Shown here piece by piece: positions 56,925 through 61,450 of a stretch of DNA of 61,450 bases. Position 1 is the stretch's first letter. Every line of letters begins with the position of its first letter. Position numbers and translations under genes: made by a program. The notes beneath the pieces are model-generated. The model did no database searches. It was not told where the DNA came from and saw only the letters and a program-made list of their open reading frames with translations. Origin of the DNA: Pirellulales bacterium. GTDB lineage: Bacteria; Planctomycetota; Planctomycetia; Pirellulales; UBA1268. The DNA is taken from assembly GCA_040397685.1 (NCBI GenBank), contig JBBAVM010000001.1, positions 64,432 through 125,881 of the forward strand, given 5' to 3'.

Positions 56925-57022
56925 AGATTCGGCTGATGATCGCCTCGGGTTAACCGCCGCTGATTGATCGCGTCGAACGTGTCGATGTAAAATGCATTCC
57001 TCGCGTCAGGGAGCTGAAGCCG

Positions 57023-57244
57023 ATGCCGTTGTATGAATATTCCTGTGAGAAGTGCAGCCGGAAAGTCGAGCTGCTCATTCGCGGCAACGAGAATCCTGAG
57101 TGCCCGCACTGCCAGAGCACCAAGCTCACCAAGCTCTTGAGCGTGGTCAGTGGCCACGTGGCGGGCGGCGGCGGCAACTCCGCTGCGGCCGAGAGCTGCG
57201 GCCGCCCGCAGTGCGGCATGGGCGGCTGCGCGGGGCTCGGATGA
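57023..57244 (+). CDS. FmdB-family zinc-ribbon protein, copy 2
   Basis: MPLYEYSCEKCSRKVELLIRGNENPECPHCQSTKLTKLLSVVSGHVAGGGG.. plus a Cys-containing tail. Confidence 0.75.
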   Translation: MPLYEYSCEKCSRKVELLIRGNENPECPHCQSTKLTKLLSVVSGHVAGGGGNSAAAESCGRPQCGMGGCAGLG

Positions 57245-57648
57245 CCGACGTTCCGTGGATGGAGTGGTATCAGACCCTGGCCAAGCCGTCGTGGACGCCC
57301 TCGCCGCGGACGATCGGCCTCATCTGGCAGATCCTCTATCCCGTCATCATCGCGACCTTCGGGTTCGTGTTCGTGCAGGCCGGGCGGGGCCGGCTGCCGC
57401 TGCTCGTCGCGCTTCCCTTCGCCATCAACCTCGTGGCGAACCTGATCTTCACGCCAATCCAGTTCGGCATGCGAAACCTACCGCTGGCGGCAGCTGACAT
57501 CCTCGTCGTGTGGGGAACGATCCTCTGGATGATGCTCGCCATCTGGCCGCACTATCGCTGGGTGGCCGTGGCCCAGGTGCCCTACTTCGTCTGGGTCTCC
57601 ATCGCCACGGTCCTGCAACTCTCGATCACGTGGATGAATCGCCCGTAA
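57241..57648 (+). CDS. tspO: TspO/MBR tryptophan-rich sensory protein
   Basis: ATG 57241 overlaps the FmdB stop (ATGA). Motifs: WYQTLAKPSWTP, NLVANLIFTPIQFG, five TM segments. Confidence 0.85.
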   Translation: MTDVPWMEWYQTLAKPSWTPSPRTIGLIWQILYPVIIATFGFVFVQAGRGRLPLLVALPFAINLVANLIFTPIQFGMRNLPLAAADILVVWGTILWMMLAIWPHYRWVAVAQVPYFVWVSIATVLQLSITWMNRP

Positions 57649-57668
57649 CTGGGTCTACAAGGCAAAGC

Positions 57669-57899
57669 ATGTCTGAAATTCGCCCGGGCCGCTACAGGCA
57701 CTACAAGGGAAACGAGTACACGGTCCTCGGCGTAGCCCGCCACAGCGAGACGCTCGAGGAGGTCGTCGTCTACCGGCAGGAGTATGGCGAGCACGGCCTC
57801 TGGGTCCGGCCGGCCGCGATGTTCGGCGAGACCGTGACGGTGGATGGCCGTGCCGTGCCGCGATTCACCCCTTGCGACGCTCCCGCGAGCCGCGGATGA
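57669..57899 (+). CDS. DUF1653-like protein
   Basis: Motifs: YRHYKGNEYTVLGVARHSETLEEVVVYRQ..LWVRPAAMF. Confidence 0.7.
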   Translation: MSEIRPGRYRHYKGNEYTVLGVARHSETLEEVVVYRQEYGEHGLWVRPAAMFGETVTVDGRAVPRFTPCDAPASRG

Positions 57900-57948
57900 G
57901 CTTTTCTCATTCGTCGGCCAACTTCCATCGCCAGCACGCGTCGCTCGT

Positions 57949-58221
57949 TCATGCTGTGCCGCCTTCCGGGGACTCATAGGGGACGTCGAAGAACTTGCCG
58001 CACGACTGACAAAACCATTGGCCGGGCTTCGGCCCGTTGGGAATCAGCTTGAACTTGGGGCACGTGGCTGCGAGCCGGATCGTGATGCCGATTACGCCCA
58101 CCTGCACCGACGCCGTGGCACCCGATCCGCACCGCGTGCACGGCGGCACCTCCATGTTCATGAACCGTTTGTACTGCTCCTGATAGACCTGCTCCGGGTC
58201 GTACGTCTCGAACCCTGCCAT
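57949..58221 (-). CDS. Small zinc-ribbon protein (90 aa)
   Basis: MAGFETYDPEQ.. with CTRCGS ... CQSCG. The start overlaps the upstream stop (TGATG at 58219-58223). Confidence 0.5.
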   Translation of the reverse strand: MAGFETYDPEQVYQEQYKRFMNMEVPPCTRCGSGATASVQVGVIGITIRLAATCPKFKLIPNGPKPGQWFCQSCGKFFDVPYESPEGGTA

Positions 58222-58565
58222 CACAACGCTCCTTTCGTTTGCTGGGGGCCCGTCTCGTCGTCTTCCCAATACGTGCTCACCGCCGACCATCGCTCCTGGT
58301 TGACCTGGGCGGCCGCGGAGTCGCCGCCGAGGGAGTGGTAGCGGGCAGCCTCGGCGAACAGTTCCTTGGCGAGCAGTCCGAGCCCTGCTTGCTGGTAGAG
58401 CGTGGCGGCCTTCTCGCACCGCCTCGCAGCGGCTCGGATGAGCCGCTGGTTGTCGCCGGTCTTGGCCTCGCCAAAGACCCGTGCGGCCTCGGCCGCGGCG
58501 GCATCCGCGGCGTGAATCCGTTGCTGCCGCGCGCAAAACAGCTTCGGAAAGATGTCGTCTGCCAT
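58221..58565 (-). CDS. Hypothetical helical protein (114 aa), first cargo gene of cassette copy 2
   Basis: ATG 58565 (MADDIFPKLF) lies at exactly the same position relative to the conserved leader as the repeat-protein start at 42096. Confidence 0.5.
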   Translation of the reverse strand: MADDIFPKLFCARQQRIHAADAAAAEAARVFGEAKTGDNQRLIRAAARRCEKAATLYQQAGLGLLAKELFAEAARYHSLGGDSAAAQVNQERWSAVSTYWEDDETGPQQTKGAL

Positions 58566-58942
58566 CGTGCGTACTCCAGAACGAGCCACGCACCAAGAAC
58601 CAGCCCCACGGGCGGTGACACCCGTCAGACTGCTGCAACTCTCTTTTCGTGAGGCACGAGTCCTCACGCACATCCCGTCGACACTCTCGTGCCGGCGGAA
58701 GCACCGTTTGCCTTGCAGTGGCCCGGTTGCTGAAACGCCTCCGAGGCGTTCCCGACACGTCGTGGGGGACGTGTCGTTCCTGATGCTGCGTGCATTTTAC
58801 CCGGCGACTGCAGCACAGGCCATCATTCGGCCTGCGTCGAGCGTGTCATAGTTCGTCGCCACCAACACCGGGCCGCGACCGGTTCGGACCAAGGTTGTCC
58901 CTGTCGTCCGACAGTATTCGACATTGCCAAAAGGAGAACTAC
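58566..58942. promoter_or_regulatory. Structured divergent intergenic region, cassette copy 2
   Basis: 377 nt. Identical blocks with copy 1: GAGCCACGCACCAAGAACCAGCCC, CCCGTCAGACTGCTGCAAC, TCCTCACGCACATCCCG, and a 34-mer ACACGTCGTGGGGGACGTGTCGTTCCTGATGCTG (58755-58788). Motif GGACCAAGGTTGTCCC at 58886-58901. Confidence 0.7.
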
Positions 58943-59137
58943 ATGATCGGACCAGTGAAAAACCGACTGCACGACTACGAGGCCGGCTGGCTCACCCTCT
59001 TGATCAAGATGGGCGTGGCATCCAAAGACGAGGCCCAGGCAGCCATGAACCGCGTCGCTCAGGCGGCGATCGACGAGCAGGAGGCGAGGCGAGAGAGACG
59101 GAAACAAGAAGGGCGGCGAAGGAAGCCGCCGGAGTGA
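58943..59137 (+). CDS. Small conserved protein (64 aa), cassette copy 2
   Basis: AAGGAG SD, then ATG 58943. MIGPVKNRLHDYEAGWLTLLIKMGVASKDEAQAAMNRVAQAAIDE.. plus a basic tail. Confidence 0.6.
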   Translation: MIGPVKNRLHDYEAGWLTLLIKMGVASKDEAQAAMNRVAQAAIDEQEARRERRKQEGRRRKPPE

Positions 59138-59186
59138 CTTATCCGCGATCTACTTCCGATTCAGCAGTCGCTCATACTCGCTGTGG

Positions 59187-59366
59187 TCACCGACGATCCT
59201 CGAGAGCTTCGTTCGCAAGACTATCGAGTCGCCCTTCGCGAGCGTCCTGCTCGAATTGCCGATCCCACGCCTCGGCGTCGAACCGATCGAACCATTCGCG
59301 AAACACCGCCAACTCGGCTCTTGAAAGCCGTCGAACTGCGTCTTCGATTTCGCTGATCGTGGTCAC
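59187..59366 (-). CDS. Orphan antitoxin-like (addiction-module component-like) small protein
   Basis: GTG 59366. VTTISEIEDAVRRLSRAELAVFREWFDRFDAEAWDRQFEQDAREGRLDSLANEALEDRR. No toxin gene fits in the 50 nt downstream. Confidence 0.4.
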   Translation of the reverse strand: MTTISEIEDAVRRLSRAELAVFREWFDRFDAEAWDRQFEQDAREGRLDSLANEALEDRR

Positions 59367-59450
59367 GTCAACCTCGCTTCCGAGACAGTATACGGCCGTA
59401 CACTCTTTCGTCAAGGGCCTTCGACGAGCTTGCCACTCTGATTCTACCCC

Positions 59451-59466
59451 GGACCAAGGTTGTCCC
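59451..59466 (+). promoter_or_regulatory. Third copy of the GGACCAAGGTTGTCCC motif, upstream of the HIT-PLD-helicase gene
   Basis: Exact 16-mer, 23 nt before ATG 59489. The other two copies lie 42-44 nt before the starts of the 64-aa genes. Confidence 0.6.
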
Positions 59467-59488
59467 GCGGGTTCGTACACTGCCGGCC

Positions 59489-61450
59489 ATGGAGTCGGCT
59501 GGCCCCTCACCGTTTGCGCGTGTACCCGAGGCGGAGTGGGTCTGCGCGAATGACCTGTGCTTCGCGATCTTCGATTCGTTTCCCGTGTCGCCGGGGCACG
59601 TGCTCGTGGTTACGCGGCGGGTCGTGCCGACGTTTTTCGAGTGCACGGCCGCGGAGCAGCAGGCGCTCTTGTCGCTGGTCGGCGAGGTGAAGGCTCTACT
59701 CGATGAGCGGCTCGACCCGAAGCCCGATGGCTACAACGTCGGCTTCAATGCCGGGGCCGCTGCCGGCCAGACCGTGCCGCATGTGCATGTGCACGTGATC
59801 CCGCGGTATGCCGGCGATATGAGCGACCCCCGCGGCGGCGTGCGGCATGTGATTCCTGAGAAGGGCAACTACCTGGCGCGCTCGCAGGCCGCCGCAGCCG
59901 AGTCCCCGCGGCTCTCGCTGACCACTGGGCCCGACCGGCCCCTTTGGCCGCGGCTCGCCGAGCGGCTACCGGGGGCGAGCGAGATCGACCTGCTCGCGTC
60001 TTTCGTGCAGCCCTCGGGGCTCGACGTCATCCGCGCAGGGCTTTTCAGTGCGATCGCCGCTGGCGCTCGCGTGCGGCTGCTCGTGGGCGATTACCTCGGC
60101 CTCACGTCGCCCGACGCCTTGCGGCAACTGCTCGGCTGGACCGATCTCGCAGGCCCAGCGTTCGAGGCCCGGCTTGCAGAGCTCGAAAACCTCCGCGGCT
60201 CGCCCGAGTCGTTCCACCCGAAGGCGTGGCGGATTGCCGACTCCTCGGGCGGGATCGTGGTCGTGGGATCGAGCAACCTCTCGCAGTCGGCCTTGGTGTC
60301 GGGCGTCGAATGGAACCTACTCGGCGAGACGTCGGGCTCGGGCGAACTCGACCGTGAACTTGTCGCCGCGTTTGACGACCTCTGGCAGCAGGCCACGCCG
60401 CTGTCGGCCGAGGTGGTCGAGCGGTATGCCGCCAACGTAGGACAGGCTTCAGCCTGTCAGATGTGGGATCCACCGCCGAAGGCCGACAGGCTGAAGCCTG
60501 TCCTACATCCCCGCCCCTGGCAGCAGGAGGCCCTCGCCTCCCTCGCCGCGATCCGTCGTGACGGCTACTCCAAAGCCCTCGTCGCCGTGGCCATGGGCCT
60601 TGGGAAAACCTGGCTCGCGGCGTTCGACGTGATCGCCGTGGGCCGTGAGCTCGGCCGGCCGCCGCGGGTGCTCGTGATCGCCCACCGGGCCGAGATCCTT
60701 GCCCAGGCCGAGGCCACGCTCCGGCAGGCGATCGCGCCTGCGAGCGTGTCGTATGTCGCCGGGTCGTCATGCGACCTCTCCGGCCAGCTCGTCATCGCGT
60801 CGATCCAAAAACTCTCCCGGCCCGACAGTCTCGCAGCCCTCGCGGCGGCGGCTCCGTTTGACTACTGCGTGATCGACGAGGTGCACCACGCCGAGGCGCC
60901 GAGCTACCGCCGCGTGCTCGCGCGGCTGTCGGAGCTGTCGCGGGCTGCCCCGTCGTTCACGCTCGGCCTCACGGCCACGCCCGAGCGGACCGACGGCGTC
61001 GACGTGGCCACGCTCTTCGACGACATCCTCGCGGCCCAGGCCACGATCGGCGACGGGATCGCGGAGGGGTCGCTCGTGCCGTTTCGGTATCGGGGGCTCA
61101 AGGACGACGTCGACTTCGAGCAGATCCCCTGGCGCAACGGCCGCTTCGATCCGGCCGTGCTCGAAGCGGCCCTGGAAAACGCTCCCCGCATGGAACGCCT
61201 CTGGGCCGAGTGGCAGGCCGCCCCGGCCGGTCGCACGCTCGTCTTCTGCTGTTCGCGGCGGCATGCCGTGTTTGCCCGGGATTGGCTCCGGCGAAAGGGC
61301 GTTAGTGCCGCCGCGGTCTTTTCCGAAAGTGGGACAGGCTTCAGCCTGTCGAATCCGGCCGCAAGCACTCGACAGGCTAAAGACCTGTCCCACAACTCCG
61401 ACCCGCGCATGGCGTCGCTGGCCGCCTTTCACGCAGGCACCCTCTCGGCC
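59489..61450 (+). CDS. HIT domain - PLD/HKD nuclease domain - SF2 (ResIII/DEAD-like) helicase fusion protein, 3'-partial (runs off the window)
   Basis: ATG 59489. 654 codons are open to the window end (translated by hand, no stop). Motifs: HVHVHVIPR (59780-), FHPKAWRIADSSGGIVVVGSSNLS (60215-), AMGLGKTW (60596-), IDEVHH (60875-), GLTATPER. Not in the ORF track. Confidence 0.8.
   Translation, partial: MESAGPSPFARVPEAEWVCANDLCFAIFDSFPVSPGHVLVVTRRVVPTFFECTAAEQQALLSLVGEVKALLDERLDPKPDGYNVGFNAGAAAGQTVPHVHVHVIPRYAGDMSDPRGGVRHVIPEKGNYLARSQAAAAESPRLSLTTGPDRPLWPRLAERLPGASEIDLLASFVQPSGLDVIRAGLFSAIAAGARVRLLVGDYLGLTSPDALRQLLGWTDLAGPAFEARLAELENLRGSPESFHPKAWRIADSSGGIVVVGSSNLSQSALVSGVEWNLLGETSGSGELDRELVAAFDDLWQQATPLSAEVVERYAANVGQASACQMWDPPPKADRLKPVLHPRPWQQEALASLAAIRRDGYSKALVAVAMGLGKTWLAAFDVIAVGRELGRPPRVLVIAHRAEILAQAEATLRQAIAPASVSYVAGSSCDLSGQLVIASIQKLSRPDSLAALAAAAPFDYCVIDEVHHAEAPSYRRVLARLSELSRAAPSFTLGLTATPERTDGVDVATLFDDILAAQATIGDGIAEGSLVPFRYRGLKDDVDFEQIPWRNGRFDPAVLEAALENAPRMERLWAEWQAAPAGRTLVFCCSRRHAVFARDWLRRKGVSAAAVFSESGTGFSLSNPAASTRQAKDLSHNSDPRMASLAAFHAGTLSA
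60437..60506. repeat. Composite palindromic element inserted in-frame in the PLD-helicase linker
   Basis: GTAGGACAGGCTTCAGCCTGTC (60437-60458), a 26-nt spacer, then the exact inverted arm GACAGGCTGAAGCCTGTCCTAC (60485-60506). Translated as ..VGQASACQMWDPPPKADRLKPVL... Confidence 0.9.
61329..61393. repeat. Composite palindromic element (second arm degenerate) inserted in-frame in the helicase C-terminal domain
   Basis: GTGGGACAGGCTTCAGCCTGTC (61329-61350), a 20-nt spacer, then GACAGGCTAAAGACCTGTCCCAC (61371-61393). Translated as ..SGTGFSLSNPAASTRQAKDLSH... Confidence 0.85.

Overview
This is a high-GC bacterial chromosomal segment. It is probably Planctomycetota-like, but that is inference only, based on a PSCyt-type CxxCH..MPPW heme domain, a LEPRQ-type N-terminus on an Ig-like secreted protein, and a Tat-signal Gfo/Idh/MocA oxidoreductase. 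Many long ORFs in the track are antisense artefacts of the GC content. I called genes by recognisable motifs, GC3-type codon texture, SD sequences and start/stop coupling.

Layout:
- 0-24.6 kb: housekeeping and stress genes. These include GT90, a ChaA-like antiporter, two photolyase-family genes, katG, a redoxin/heme multidomain protein, a hydroxylase-esterase fusion, an MFS transporter, an FAD/Fe-S oxidoreductase, dapL, an ECF sigma factor, and a rhodanese.
- 24.8-34.3 kb: an integrase-arm-like orphan, an Ig-like secreted protein, a 2232-aa single-polypeptide AddB-AddA, and an RmuC-like DUF2130 gene.
- 34.3-42.1 kb: a Gly/Pro-rich secreted protein, an OYE reductase, two Cys-rich exported proteins, and a repeat-protein / sirtuin / patatin gene string.
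- 42.1-59.1 kb: an accessory segment bracketed by two diverged direct copies of a roughly 570-bp cassette. Each cassette is a structured divergent intergenic region plus a 64-aa gene. The segment contains an IS3-family element, a large serine recombinase, a PIN toxin-antitoxin pair, an orphan MNT, Cys-rich DUF326, redox/detox genes, duplicated FmdB genes and gene remnants.
- 59.5 kb to the window end: an ORF absent from the supplied track because it has no stop in the window. It encodes a HIT - PLD(HKD) - SF2 helicase fusion and carries two in-frame copies of a composite palindromic element. The same element forms the phrB terminator region at 18.2 kb.

No rRNA, tRNA or CRISPR array was seen. 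All family calls are from motif recognition by eye. No database search was run.
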